Below are positions 1 through 9,049 of a DNA stretch of 64,000 nucleotides, one piece after another. A program made the translations under genes and the position numbers. The DNA is from a plasmid. Position 1 is the stretch's first letter, and every line of letters starts with the position of its first letter. The notes beneath the pieces were generated by a model, which was not told the origin of the DNA, made no database searches, and worked only from the letters and a program-made list of their open reading frames with translations. Location of the stretch: sequence record NC_009705.1; one strand, written 5' to 3'.

Positions 1-112
1 TCTAAAGTGACAAAGAGTTAAAGTCAAGAATCATTTGTTTAATGGATTTTTATTTATATATAGTTCCCCGACGACTGCACAGGAAGGCTCAGTCTTGTGC
101 TTCCAGACCATG

Positions 113-198
113 CGTCCGCTCTTGGCACAGAGCTGCCTGTCAGATTAGGTTAAGCTCTGTATCGTGACAATGCCAGAGCAAGTCTGAGCTAATACATA
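113..198. repeat. ~85-bp direct repeat, copy A (copy B at 5702-5786, ~94% identical, same orientation)
   Basis: Shared string tggcacagagctgcctgtcagattaggttaagctct.tatcgtgacaatgccaga.caagtctga.ctaataca read at both sites. Confidence 0.8.
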
Positions 199-253
199 TT
201 AGCTTTACAGAAGCTTGGTAATGTCTGCACACTTCACTCAAATCAAATTAGAA

Positions 254-278
254 ATGCCACTTAGTGTGGCATTTTTTC
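254..278 (+). terminator. Rho-independent terminator-like hairpin (atgccacttagtgtggcat + T-run) just after repeat copy A
   Basis: 9-bp perfect stem, 1-nt loop, followed by TTTTTT. Confidence 0.5.
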
Positions 279-389
279 GTATGGCTTCCACAAAAATCAG
301 TGCTTACCCTATCCTTTCGGGCCAAACTAGCTTCTTACTAAGCATCTGTCCCAACAAATATCAGACCTAACGTTTCCTCCATTAAAGCG

Positions 390-776
390 TTAGACTTTGA
401 TGAACCCATAGAAAACAAAAGCATTTGCAAGAAATAAAATAAAACCCGTTAATAAAAGTGAAAACTCTACCTTAATCCAACGCACCTTATCCTTGGGTTG
501 ATTCCTGATAAAATAATAATGATCTTGATTCATCTTTCTAACAAAAATGCTTTTTATATTGAAAATCAATGGCCGTAGAAAATAAATGTCCTTTTGAAAA
601 GTGAAGAAGATCCCTCCAGCTTGAGAAATAACCACTTCATCAGGCAAGCATCCGAATTCCTTATAAAACTCGTCGCAGAGTAACTTATGCTGCTTTTTGT
701 GCAATGTGGAGTAAGCAAAGGCACCAAATATCGCCAGTACGCATAGTGGAGTCAGGATCATAAAAATAAGTATCAT
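390..776 (-). CDS. Small polytopic membrane protein, candidate immunity protein for the upstream glycine-zipper toxin
   Basis: 128 aa with about 3 predicted TM helices. Start is 2 bp after the toxin stop (operon arrangement). Confidence 0.45.
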   Translation of the reverse strand: MILIFMILTPLCVLAIFGAFAYSTLHKKQHKLLCDEFYKEFGCLPDEVVISQAGGIFFTFQKDIYFLRPLIFNIKSIFVRKMNQDHYYFIRNQPKDKVRWIKVEFSLLLTGFILFLANAFVFYGFIKV

Positions 777-777
777 G

Positions 778-2190
778 TTATTTACCTATGGTCTCGTAAA
801 TAACGTCACCAAAATACTCACCAAAGGATGATACCGTTTCACTACCTACATAACCGCCAGCACCACCGAGTATAACCCCACACGCGAGTACTCCCGCCCC
901 TCCCGCTGCCATAGTTGCTGCGCCTAAAGCGACCGTACAAACACCCATGCCAATCGCGCCTCCGGCCAGCCCTCCGGCTATACTTCCTGTGAAACTTCCC
1001 GTTTCTGTATATTTCTTCTTAGAACACTCATCCTCTCTACCCACTGAACATGCTTCGTTAACTTCATTGATAGAATGAAATGCACTAAATCCAATGCCCA
1101 CATATCCGGCATACTTCATTAACTTAACGTATTTAGCTGCACGTTCTATGTGAGTCGCATAACCGTCAATATCATTTATTCCGGTCTTATTCCACTCATG
1201 AGTAATAGATTTTGATGATAGCCCAAGCGCATCTTTTATTTTTGCATACTCGCCGAACTTCATTCCTTTATTCAAAAAACCAACTTTTAATACGGTATTA
1301 AGTTCCTTGAATAACTGACTACGCCTGACGTAAAACTGCTCTCCAATTAATGCCCCCCGTGTTAAGTAAGCATTTTTATAAGTGTCTTGGATCTCACTTA
1401 GGATTTTTTGAATGTTCTCAAAATACTTACCAACAGGATCAGCAGCAAGACCTATCCCTTTGTCAGCAAAGCTACTGAAGTTGGCGATAGTAGCGTAATG
1501 CTGATGCAAGAAATTTGCTTCTTCGTGGGATAAAGGGGCTAACGCAGCATCTATTCGCTCTTTAGCAGCTTGCATGTGGGCAATTTGCATGCTGTTTTGC
1601 TTGTCCGGATCAACCAGCAGCATAATTGAACCCGCCTTAAACTCATTGCCACTTCCATTCAATGATCGGTAGAGTTCTCGCGTCCCAGCGGGAGGTTCCT
1701 TGTTAAACAACCACGGTTCATACGATTCAGTCACCGAACCATAAGGGAGTACACAAAATCCGGCATCAACGGGTTCACGCTCTGATTGATGTGGTTTTGA
1801 ATCTTGTTGAGTGGGTGCATCCTGTGCTGGCTTCTTGGCAGCTTGTGCATGTTGCTCTGGCTCCGCTACTGTCGATGATGCAACTGGTGCCGCTTTTGCA
1901 ACATTGCCCTGATAAGGGCCATGAGAGGCCCACGTCTGCGAGGGTATAAAAAAAGCCTTACATGGACACGTCGAACGGCTATACAGCGTACTAGCCACAT
2001 AATGGCCATGCACGGATTCACCCGGATGTGCTCCCCCCACGCTGTACATACCAGAGTGTTTTCCACAAGAAACCTTACTGCCATTCACCGCCACGGGATT
2101 ACCCGCGAACTGTCTTTCTGGCATACCCTCATGAACTAACCCACCACAACTTGTCTTATCGCCCTTCACTATCCAGTATCCTATCGCCAT
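778..2190 (-). CDS. Polymorphic toxin: N-terminal PAAR-like domain, C-terminal glycine-zipper membrane-disrupting domain
   Basis: N-terminus IVKGDKTSCGGLVHEG...NPVAVNGSKVSCGKHSG is PAAR-like. C-terminus GSIAGGLAGGAIGMGVCTVALGAATMAAGGAGVLACGVILGGAGGYVG is a glycine-zipper 2-TM motif typical of pore-forming effectors. Confidence 0.5.
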   Translation of the reverse strand: MAIGYWIVKGDKTSCGGLVHEGMPERQFAGNPVAVNGSKVSCGKHSGMYSVGGAHPGESVHGHYVASTLYSRSTCPCKAFFIPSQTWASHGPYQGNVAKAAPVASSTVAEPEQHAQAAKKPAQDAPTQQDSKPHQSEREPVDAGFCVLPYGSVTESYEPWLFNKEPPAGTRELYRSLNGSGNEFKAGSIMLLVDPDKQNSMQIAHMQAAKERIDAALAPLSHEEANFLHQHYATIANFSSFADKGIGLAADPVGKYFENIQKILSEIQDTYKNAYLTRGALIGEQFYVRRSQLFKELNTVLKVGFLNKGMKFGEYAKIKDALGLSSKSITHEWNKTGINDIDGYATHIERAAKYVKLMKYAGYVGIGFSAFHSINEVNEACSVGREDECSKKKYTETGSFTGSIAGGLAGGAIGMGVCTVALGAATMAAGGAGVLACGVILGGAGGYVGSETVSSFGEYFGDVIYETIGK

Positions 2191-2202
2191 TACCTTGCCC
2201 CC

Positions 2203-2805
2203 CTAACACAAGGCCGGTAACACAGGCACCAGAAAATTATCCGGCATAGGAACACTATCGCGGCTAACCAGCATCGCCATCGACTGCGGCGTACTGACGA
2301 TTTCATCGCCGTTATCAAGCACACTGCCCACCAATGCAAAAGAAACCCCATTACTATGAGTGGCAGCATCGCCTGCACCACTTATTATCCTTGCTCGTCT
2401 GCCATCAGGGTAGACAACACAGTCCCCTACCAACGCTTTATGGATTTCCGAACCATCATCCAACTGAAATGCAGCAGGGCTACTTGCGTTCACTACCACA
2501 CCACCAAGACGAGTCCGTGATCTCTCAGTCGCAAATCGCCACAAACCGTTTACTGGATGCTGCCGCGTCCATGCTTCTTGAGCCTCAATCTGCTCCCGCG
2601 ATCCCTCCGTCATTGCGGAAAGCTCTTCCGCTGAGAAGGGGGATATATCCATTGAGGCCAACAACTCCGCACTCAGTTCGTTGGTGTACTGCTTTTCCAT
2701 GCTTTTTCCTTGTACATTCGGGGGATAATGCCCCATCTTACCTGCAACGTGACTTAAGTTAAACTTATCAGAATTCAGCGCACTAGCCATCGGCTCCAAC
2801 GCCAT
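2203..2805 (-). CDS. Hypothetical protein with C-terminal PAAR-like repeat (GDCVVYPDG...GSVLDNGDEIV). Possibly a split N-terminal part of the toxin or an accessory protein.
   Basis: 200-aa ORF ending 13 bp before the toxin start. PAAR-like Gly/Asp spacing in the C-terminus. Confidence 0.35.
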   Translation of the reverse strand: MALEPMASALNSDKFNLSHVAGKMGHYPPNVQGKSMEKQYTNELSAELLASMDISPFSAEELSAMTEGSREQIEAQEAWTRQHPVNGLWRFATERSRTRLGGVVVNASSPAAFQLDDGSEIHKALVGDCVVYPDGRRARIISGAGDAATHSNGVSFALVGSVLDNGDEIVSTPQSMAMLVSRDSVPMPDNFLVPVLPALC

Positions 2806-2959
2806 TTTCTATGGCCAGTTGTAGCCATAACCGCGTAGTCAGTTCTCTTGGCCAACTAGGTCATATGATAGAATATGGAAAATCTACATTGAGGAGTTAT
2901 TAGGCCGATCACAGCTCATTTACGAGCATTCAGCGCAAACTTATAATATCGGAGGCAGT

Positions 2960-3409
2960 ATGGATTTTCTGTACAGAGGCTATAACAGCACGATGACATT
3001 TAAAGAAGCTATGACGCCTAAATCGCCTTCACCCACGCCAGAAAGTGGTGCTGAATTCGATGATGATAGGGTTGAGTGTGGTGATCCTGATTTTACGTTT
3101 GGTCTCTCAGTGAATAATACTATTCACTCGCATGAGTATGGCGGGAATGGCGAGGCAACGGCTGGTATATCAACTACTCTGCATTTTGAAATGGCTAAAA
3201 AATATGCGCTTGGACGGAGTTCATTTGCATCTGGATATGTCATTAAAATGTCAGTTTCAGCACTTCGACATTCTGGCGTAGATATACATCCGATTAAGGG
3301 TAGGTTGACTACAACAGCCATATCTGAAGACGATGAGCACTGGATTTACTTTAATGGTCACTTCCCAGAAGAAGCCGTCGTAGAACTTATAGCTGTCTTT
3401 CGGGACTAA
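2960..3409 (+). CDS. Hypothetical protein (149 aa)
   Basis: Intact ORF divergent from the toxin operon. No recognisable motif. Confidence 0.35.
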   Translation: MDFLYRGYNSTMTFKEAMTPKSPSPTPESGAEFDDDRVECGDPDFTFGLSVNNTIHSHEYGGNGEATAGISTTLHFEMAKKYALGRSSFASGYVIKMSVSALRHSGVDIHPIKGRLTTTAISEDDEHWIYFNGHFPEEAVVELIAVFRD

Positions 3410-3517
3410 AGACACTCCTGAAACCAAACTTATGCTTGGCCAACTATAACTGACATTTTTTTGCTCATAATGTCAGTTAATATTATCCCCATTTGTGCAA
3501 TTTCTTACTCTAAGTTC

Positions 3518-3700
3518 CTAGATAACTCGTAGGGTATCCACAACACTTGGATTTCTTTCTATCAGGCATAGCATTCTTAACGCAATGCCACTTGGTACAC
3601 GGCAATCAAGTTCCCAGCGTTGAACAGTTGCAGCGCTAGCACCAATCATTTTTGCAAATTCATACTGACTCATACCAACACTTTTGCGGATTGACTTCAC
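3518..3700 (-). CDS. XRE-family helix-turn-helix transcriptional regulator (60 aa)
   Basis: MSQYEFAKMIGASAATVQRWE is a canonical XRE HTH. Confidence 0.7.
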   Translation of the reverse strand: MKSIRKSVGMSQYEFAKMIGASAATVQRWELDCRVPSGIALRMLCLIERNPSVVDTLRVI

Positions 3701-3846
3701 GTTAGGTTTACACTGCTGAGTAAATCATCAAACAATTTCTTTTCCATAAATCTCCCTTCGTTATGATCTTCTTTTCCTTATTATCTATAAAGTACCGTCT
3801 GGATATTATATAATAATATATCCAGAACTCACTTTCGGGTTTTCTC

Positions 3847-4530
3847 ATGGAACTAGACGATAAAATTCTTACCAGAATAAAGAAATTGAAAGCACTATTA
3901 AGTAGCTCTAACCCTAATGAAGTTAATGCCGCAATCAAGCGAATTAATACTTTAATGCAACAATACGAGCTTACAAATAAAGATGTAGAACTTTCTGATA
4001 TCTCGGAAGAGACAGCAGAGTGGTCGCCCTCGAAATCCAAGAAAATACCCAAATATCTGGCTTTTCTGGTGACAGCGATATGCAAAAACTTTGCTGTAAA
4101 ATCAATACGCTATGGCGATGGGAGAACTTCGTTTATTGGCACAGGCGAGCGCCCCGCTATTGCGGCTTACGTGTATTCAGTTCTTGCCAGACAATTAATT
4201 ACAGCCAGAAAAGAATACATTGATAACTTACACGGCAATACTTCAAAATCAAACAAAACGCGCTATGCCGATAGCTTCGCGGAAGGTTGGACATCAGAAG
4301 TCTATAATAAAATAGTAGACTTCTCTGACGAAAATGAAATTTCAAGGATTAATGAGTGGATTACACTTAAATTTGGAAAATTGGAGGCCAGTAAAGTCCG
4401 AAAAGCAGGCGAAAGTTCGAGACGAATTGAGACAAATAAAGCGATCCATGAATATGCGGGACGTGTATCTGCTAAACATGTTGTTCTTAATCATGGTGTA
4501 GATGGAACTGAAATTGATTTACTTAACTAA
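3847..4530 (+). CDS. DUF2786-like protein (N-terminal KLKALLSSSNPNEVNAAIKRINTLMQQY motif), common on plasmids and ICEs
   Basis: N-terminal motif matches the DUF2786 signature (K..LA.S.NP.EA..A...A..LM). Divergent from the XRE gene. Confidence 0.5.
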   Translation: MELDDKILTRIKKLKALLSSSNPNEVNAAIKRINTLMQQYELTNKDVELSDISEETAEWSPSKSKKIPKYLAFLVTAICKNFAVKSIRYGDGRTSFIGTGERPAIAAYVYSVLARQLITARKEYIDNLHGNTSKSNKTRYADSFAEGWTSEVYNKIVDFSDENEISRINEWITLKFGKLEASKVRKAGESSRRIETNKAIHEYAGRVSAKHVVLNHGVDGTEIDLLN

Positions 4531-4670
4531 TATCACATCATGAATGTGATGTCGCCTATAAACTTCAAAATATGGTGTATACGCTCAGACTTGATTTGAC
4601 AGGTTTCTCTGGCAGAACGCAATCTAATCTGACAGTCTGCTTTGAGCGAGGAGCGGGCCTAATGACGGCC

Positions 4671-5564
4671 TCAATATAAACTTCCCTGTTTGTTCTGCTG
4701 CATATGCAACCAAATTTCTTCGAAAACATCCCCGTCAGCATATCCCATATAAGCTGTCGAAAACCTATCAAATATTATCCGTAAGGATTCCTTGCTTTTT
4801 AAAGAAACATTAAGAAGGTTGCGCGCTTTCTTAAGAAAAAGTTTTTTATCTTTTGAGTTCATATCGTCCCATGTCTTCCCCAACTGTTGGATAGCTTCAG
4901 CAATTAATTCTTCTTTTCTCGTCTTCAAGGTTTTTCCTTTATGGTTTTTTTGCATAGCTTCATAGAAAGCTCTATGAAACATATAATCGGCATTGTACGT
5001 ATAAATTTTAGATGGACTCAAAAGATTTGCGGAGGTTGATAGATTACCAGTTGAGAACAAATTTAAATAGAATGTATTTGTTGCACTTTCAATATCTCCA
5101 GCGCTTATTTCATCTAAAGGTGCAATGCAAAAATAAACTGGTGTGAAATTTTTAATGGTGTGATTATTATGGATAAAGTGATACCCGTGACAGGTTCCGA
5201 TAAATGATATGAGTTGGTTATTCATTAACTTATTGATTGATCTCAACTCATCTGCAAGTTCTTGCCAAGATATGGTGCTTTTATCTGGGAGTTCCATTGA
5301 AAGCGGGGAGCCATGAGCTTCAATGTGAATGATTGGAAGAAATGAAAGCTCTAATTCAGGCTTAAAGCTGTCTTTGATAGTCTGGATTATGCTTCGAAAT
5401 TCTTCTTCGTTTTGAGTTTTTATTAAGGTAACGCCACAACCTAACCCACTATCAGTTAAATTTTCACATAGCCGTCTGGCTGTTTGGTATTCATCATCGG
5501 GTAAACAGTCGATAATAATAAGTTTGTTGAATGTTAGGTTTTTATAAAATGTATTATGCTGCAT
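4671..5564 (-). CDS. Hypothetical protein with caspase/CHAT-like His-Cys dyad signature
   Basis: LSFLPIIHIEAHGSP and LISFIGTCHGY are about 52 aa apart, matching hhH.a.HG ... C spacing of caspase-like peptidases. N-terminal Rossmann-like strand KLIIIDCLPDD. Confidence 0.35.
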   Translation of the reverse strand: MQHNTFYKNLTFNKLIIIDCLPDDEYQTARRLCENLTDSGLGCGVTLIKTQNEEEFRSIIQTIKDSFKPELELSFLPIIHIEAHGSPLSMELPDKSTISWQELADELRSINKLMNNQLISFIGTCHGYHFIHNNHTIKNFTPVYFCIAPLDEISAGDIESATNTFYLNLFSTGNLSTSANLLSPSKIYTYNADYMFHRAFYEAMQKNHKGKTLKTRKEELIAEAIQQLGKTWDDMNSKDKKLFLKKARNLLNVSLKSKESLRIIFDRFSTAYMGYADGDVFEEIWLHMQQNKQGSLY

Positions 5565-5701
5565 TTTCCTTCTTCCTGTTAGAACTTGCCAAAAATTTAT
5601 ATCGATGTACTGCCAAATGTTTTAAACATATTAATGATCATTCATCGGTAGTATCTTAACATTTTTGGTAATTACTTGTCACAAACTTAAAGTTGCCGCT
5701 T

Positions 5702-5786
5702 CTGGCACAGAGCTGCCTGTCAGATTAGGTTAAGCTCTATATCGTGACAATGCCAGATCAAGTCTGAACTAATACACATAGGGTTT
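5702..5786. repeat. ~85-bp direct repeat, copy B (see 113-198)
   Basis: Near-identical to copy A with about 5 mismatches. Confidence 0.8.
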
Positions 5787-5808
5787 ATATTGAGGCTGGC
5801 TAAATCTA

Positions 5809-6030
5809 TTAATCCCGCTCTCGCTTCTTAGCTTGCTTAACAGCCTCTTCAATGATTTCTTCTTCACTTAAGCCAGTAGCATACGCTAATGCACTAACTG
5901 TAATGTCACCGCCTTCAATGCGCTCTCGGACATCATCTGGAGACATCCTATCCAAATCATCATATGCAACCGAAAGTGCATCAGCAGTACGTGATAATAG
6001 TTTTCTACTCTCAAAACTCAGTCTTGCCAT
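5809..6030 (-). CDS. Small acidic protein (73 aa), paralogue of degenerate copy at 56490-56718
   Basis: About 80% DNA identity with the second locus, including the upstream leader. Confidence 0.6.
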   Translation of the reverse strand: MARLSFESRKLLSRTADALSVAYDDLDRMSPDDVRERIEGGDITVSALAYATGLSEEEIIEEAVKQAKKRERD

Positions 6031-6128
6031 ATCAAAAACCTCTTGTAGTTAACAACTTTTAGTACCACTTTTAAAATTTTGGTAACAGTTGAATACAGGA
6101 TAAAGTTAAAACTCGCCTCCATTGGTTC

Positions 6129-6479
6129 CTATTCAGATTTTAAAAACTTTGTTACAAGTAGACCGGTTGATGTCAGTTCTAAAACAATCAACTCACCCAC
6201 CTCAAATTTTGGGATAGCTTTCATCATCCCTGTAATCTGCATGCCTATAGAGTTGCCCCAACGGACAAACTTACCGTTAGTGGTCATGATCGTGGCAGGA
6301 TGCACGTTAGCATCTGTAGTATTCTTTCTGATCAGCAACCCGTCAGTAGTGATATCAACTTGAAGTTCTTCATTCGGCTCAAACTGCCCCAGCTTACGCA
6401 GGGATGCAGGTAGCCTGAAGCCCATCACATTTCCCCACGGTAATAACTCTTTTTTAACTTTTTCAGCGACGTTAACCAC
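6129..6479 (-). CDS. AbrB/MazE-type (SpoVT-AbrB swapped-hairpin) DNA-binding protein, apparently tandem domains
   Basis: VRWGNSIGMQITGMMKAIPKFEVGELIVLELTSTGLLV and N-terminal LPWGNVMGFRLPASLRK match the MazE/AbrB fold signature. Confidence 0.5.
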   Translation of the reverse strand: MVNVAEKVKKELLPWGNVMGFRLPASLRKLGQFEPNEELQVDITTDGLLIRKNTTDANVHPATIMTTNGKFVRWGNSIGMQITGMMKAIPKFEVGELIVLELTSTGLLVTKFLKSE

Positions 6480-6526
6480 GGATATACCAACCTATTACAG
6501 TGAACGCTTAGCCTCTTCTCAGGCTT

Positions 6527-6661
6527 GGATATCCAATGAGTATACAACACTAACAGATTAAGCCATAGCCTAGCGAAACAAGCAATAAGTGTTTTTAAAT
6601 AAATAGGATACTCAATGAGTATACATTTTGATTGACAGTTAAAAACATTAAGACTAGATTT
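6527..6661. promoter_or_regulatory. Divergent control region: two 20-bp direct repeats GGATAYYCAATGAGTATACA (6527-6549, 6606-6628) plus TTGACA-17-TAGATT promoter for the 6693 operon
   Basis: Repeats and sigma70-like hexamers read directly. Region lies between the divergent AbrB-like gene and the plus-strand operon. Confidence 0.45.
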
Positions 6662-6692
6662 AGCCCATCAGTTTTAAAAAGGTGATTAGAAA

Positions 6693-7466
6693 ATGAATTC
6701 ACATACACACTGCACTTTCATTATCCCTTGCTCTTTGATGCAGGCAAACAGCGCGAAATACGCTTTAAACCTCATTAAGCGCATCGCTATGAACTCCCAG
6801 TTTTTAAAAGAATTACGTGTGCGTGAGACATCAATTTCAAATCAAATTGTAAAAGAACTCCTCAGTAATGAAGGTAGATTCTCAGAGAATCAACTTGAAA
6901 ATGCGGATCAGATACGCCGTTATTGCCTTGGTTTCAACTTTATGTCTGAAGTCATTAATACGGACAAGGTAACAGGCTTAATGTTGCGGTTTTCAGATAG
7001 TGATTCTACAGGTTCTCTTTATGCATTCTCACCGCTCAATGCGGCACTATTTACTCAGGCTGTGCTAAGTGTTTGTGGCTTAGACCACTGTGTAGAAATT
7101 ATTTATCATCAGCTAAGTTGCAACCAAGATCTTAAGGCGGGTTGTTTTACAGTAGATAAGAATGAACTAGACCACTTATCACTGACTGAGCTGTTAAACA
7201 GCGCAGGTGTAGAACGCCAATTCGATCACTACATTATTAGCTTAGCCTCACAAAACAATTTACTCCGCTCTTCTATTCTTTATCGTTGTAGTAAAAATAG
7301 TGATCCAACACGTTTTCTATCCCATGCAATAAAAAAGCATGCCTTTTTTGACTCCACAATTAAATCATTTGCAGACAGTGTTAATTTTAAAGAAAACATC
7401 TCGATGAAGAAACTCTGTATTTTTGATTACAAAATCCTTGGGAAGTATATTCCTACCATTCATTAA
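6693..7466 (+). CDS. Hypothetical protein (257 aa), first gene of 6-gene operon
   Basis: Intact ORF with tight spacing to downstream genes. Confidence 0.45.
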   Translation: MNSHTHCTFIIPCSLMQANSAKYALNLIKRIAMNSQFLKELRVRETSISNQIVKELLSNEGRFSENQLENADQIRRYCLGFNFMSEVINTDKVTGLMLRFSDSDSTGSLYAFSPLNAALFTQAVLSVCGLDHCVEIIYHQLSCNQDLKAGCFTVDKNELDHLSLTELLNSAGVERQFDHYIISLASQNNLLRSSILYRCSKNSDPTRFLSHAIKKHAFFDSTIKSFADSVNFKENISMKKLCIFDYKILGKYIPTIH

Positions 7467-7490
7467 GCTGTATTATATTCAAGGTAACAT

Positions 7491-7844
7491 ATGAATAATT
7501 CAATCGCAGTTATAGATTATGACCCCAACCTGCTCTATTTTAGTGGTGATATATTGCAAACAATTAGCTTAACATTTGCTCAATGGAAATATAGAAAAAC
7601 AATAGAAGTGACTGTCAAGGGTAATTATATCGGAATATCAGTGATCAAAACTGCATTAAAAATGGTCTATGTTGCCCTACCCCAATATAGCGAAGGTGTG
7701 GCTATGATGATTATGGTAGACCCATTAAATGGGCATAGTTTGCACAATAATGACGATGATATGAGAGGTACGCACTGGTTAGAAGACATGCTTATTTCTA
7801 GCGAAATCACCAGTTTCACTTATAAAGAAAAATCAGCATCTTAA
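7491..7844 (+). CDS. Hypothetical protein (117 aa)
   Basis: ORF in operon context. Confidence 0.4.
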   Translation: MNNSIAVIDYDPNLLYFSGDILQTISLTFAQWKYRKTIEVTVKGNYIGISVIKTALKMVYVALPQYSEGVAMMIMVDPLNGHSLHNNDDDMRGTHWLEDMLISSEITSFTYKEKSAS

Positions 7845-7893
7845 TTACGTCGTTCAATATAACCTCCAATTAACTTAGTTAGGATATAATCTA

Positions 7894-8535
7894 ATGGATC
7901 TTAAAATACCCTATGCCGAACTTGTATCTAAATGCCACTCTCTTGAAAAAAAACTCGCGGAAGAAAATACATCTCATATCAACACCATCGAACAACGCGA
8001 TTATGCACACCAATCCATTGATCACATATTCAATATTGTTTTCAGTCATAACCCTGAATGGTCTAGTGCTTACAACTACCAAAATGCAATCTCTGATATC
8101 GATCAGCAACTGTATTTTGAAAGAAACCAGCTTAAAGATATTACAACTGAAAGTACCACGTTATTAAAAAAAGCCGCTAGAGAATTATCGAATTCATGGA
8201 TAGCTAACTCCCTTCAGTTTAACATTGAGGCGTCATTGATTTACATACGAAACCATAATATTAAAGCGGCTCAAGACATATTAACCTGCGCCATAGAAAA
8301 CTTTGACCCCGCATTTTCTGAGAATGTTGATCTTAATGAATTAGACACATTTCTTGATGAACAGAAAAATGCCTTCATTTCCTATGCTGAAGCATTGGAA
8401 CGAGTTAAAGCCGATGTACCAGCAACAGCTAAAGCAATTCAACAACGAAATCATGAAATACAAGTACAAGCTGTTCTTGCTGCGGATCAAGCTAAACAGA
8501 TCCATTCTGATACTGGAGGCCAACATGAAAATTGA
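7894..8535 (+). CDS. Hypothetical coiled-coil protein (213 aa)
   Basis: ORF in operon context. Stop overlaps the next start. Confidence 0.45.
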   Translation: MDLKIPYAELVSKCHSLEKKLAEENTSHINTIEQRDYAHQSIDHIFNIVFSHNPEWSSAYNYQNAISDIDQQLYFERNQLKDITTESTTLLKKAARELSNSWIANSLQFNIEASLIYIRNHNIKAAQDILTCAIENFDPAFSENVDLNELDTFLDEQKNAFISYAEALERVKADVPATAKAIQQRNHEIQVQAVLAADQAKQIHSDTGGQHEN

Positions 8536-9049
8536 GACCAGCCAGACTGTTAAAATCTGCCTTACTGAACTTGAATGCTTAGATCCGGTTGATATCGTCG
8601 TTGATGACTATGCACTGGGGAAAGGCAAAATAACCATCGGCTGCGCGGGCAAGGCGTGGACAGCAACTTGGTATGCTATGTCCGACCGAACGGTTGCTCA
8701 GTTAATCACAGACTGTGATAGTGACTATCTTATCGGCTGTCTATCCCCTCAGTTAGACCCCTGCCTCGATGCAGACAATGAAGCTAATGTTGCCTTTGTC
8801 AAAAGTGAAATAATTAAGCTGAGACGGGACAGAGAACTATCTGAAATGGAAGCTCGTGACGCTTGGGAAGCCGCGAGTTCATCAGTTGAGGTCAAAGGTG
8901 ATGTGTGCCACTGCTCTGCCCACTCCCCCTTGCAGGGAGTACTAGGCGATGACCCCTATTATGCCAATTGGCCATCAATCAAAAACCACCACTACGCTTA
9001 TCTCAGCCGGATAGTTACGGCAGTAAAAGCAGGTCTTGCTCATGGCTAA
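8525..9049 (+). CDS. Hypothetical Cys-rich protein (174 aa; ATG at 8525 overlapping upstream stop)
   Basis: Start chosen at MKIETSQ. The track ORF 8354-9049 extends further upstream in the same frame but overlaps the previous gene. Confidence 0.4.
   Translation: MKIETSQTVKICLTELECLDPVDIVVDDYALGKGKITIGCAGKAWTATWYAMSDRTVAQLITDCDSDYLIGCLSPQLDPCLDADNEANVAFVKSEIIKLRRDRELSEMEARDAWEAASSSVEVKGDVCHCSAHSPLQGVLGDDPYYANWPSIKNHHYAYLSRIVTAVKAGLAHG

Noticed and set aside
1866-2381. ORFs 1866-2084(-), 1921-2139(+), 2028-2249(+), 2190-2381(-), 2334-2762(+)
   Set aside because: All are embedded in or antisense to the longer PAAR-like toxin genes and have no motifs. They are likely spurious.
2960-3409. ADP-ribosyltransferase (R-S-E) reading of LYRGYNSTM...EDDE
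   Set aside because: The R and STM motifs are only 3 residues apart and there is no proper Q/E-x-E, so the spacing is incompatible with ART toxins. Left as hypothetical.
3708-4223. ORFs 3708-4085(-) and 4020-4223(+)
   Set aside because: They overlap the DUF2786-like gene and its promoter region and are low-complexity. Judged non-coding.
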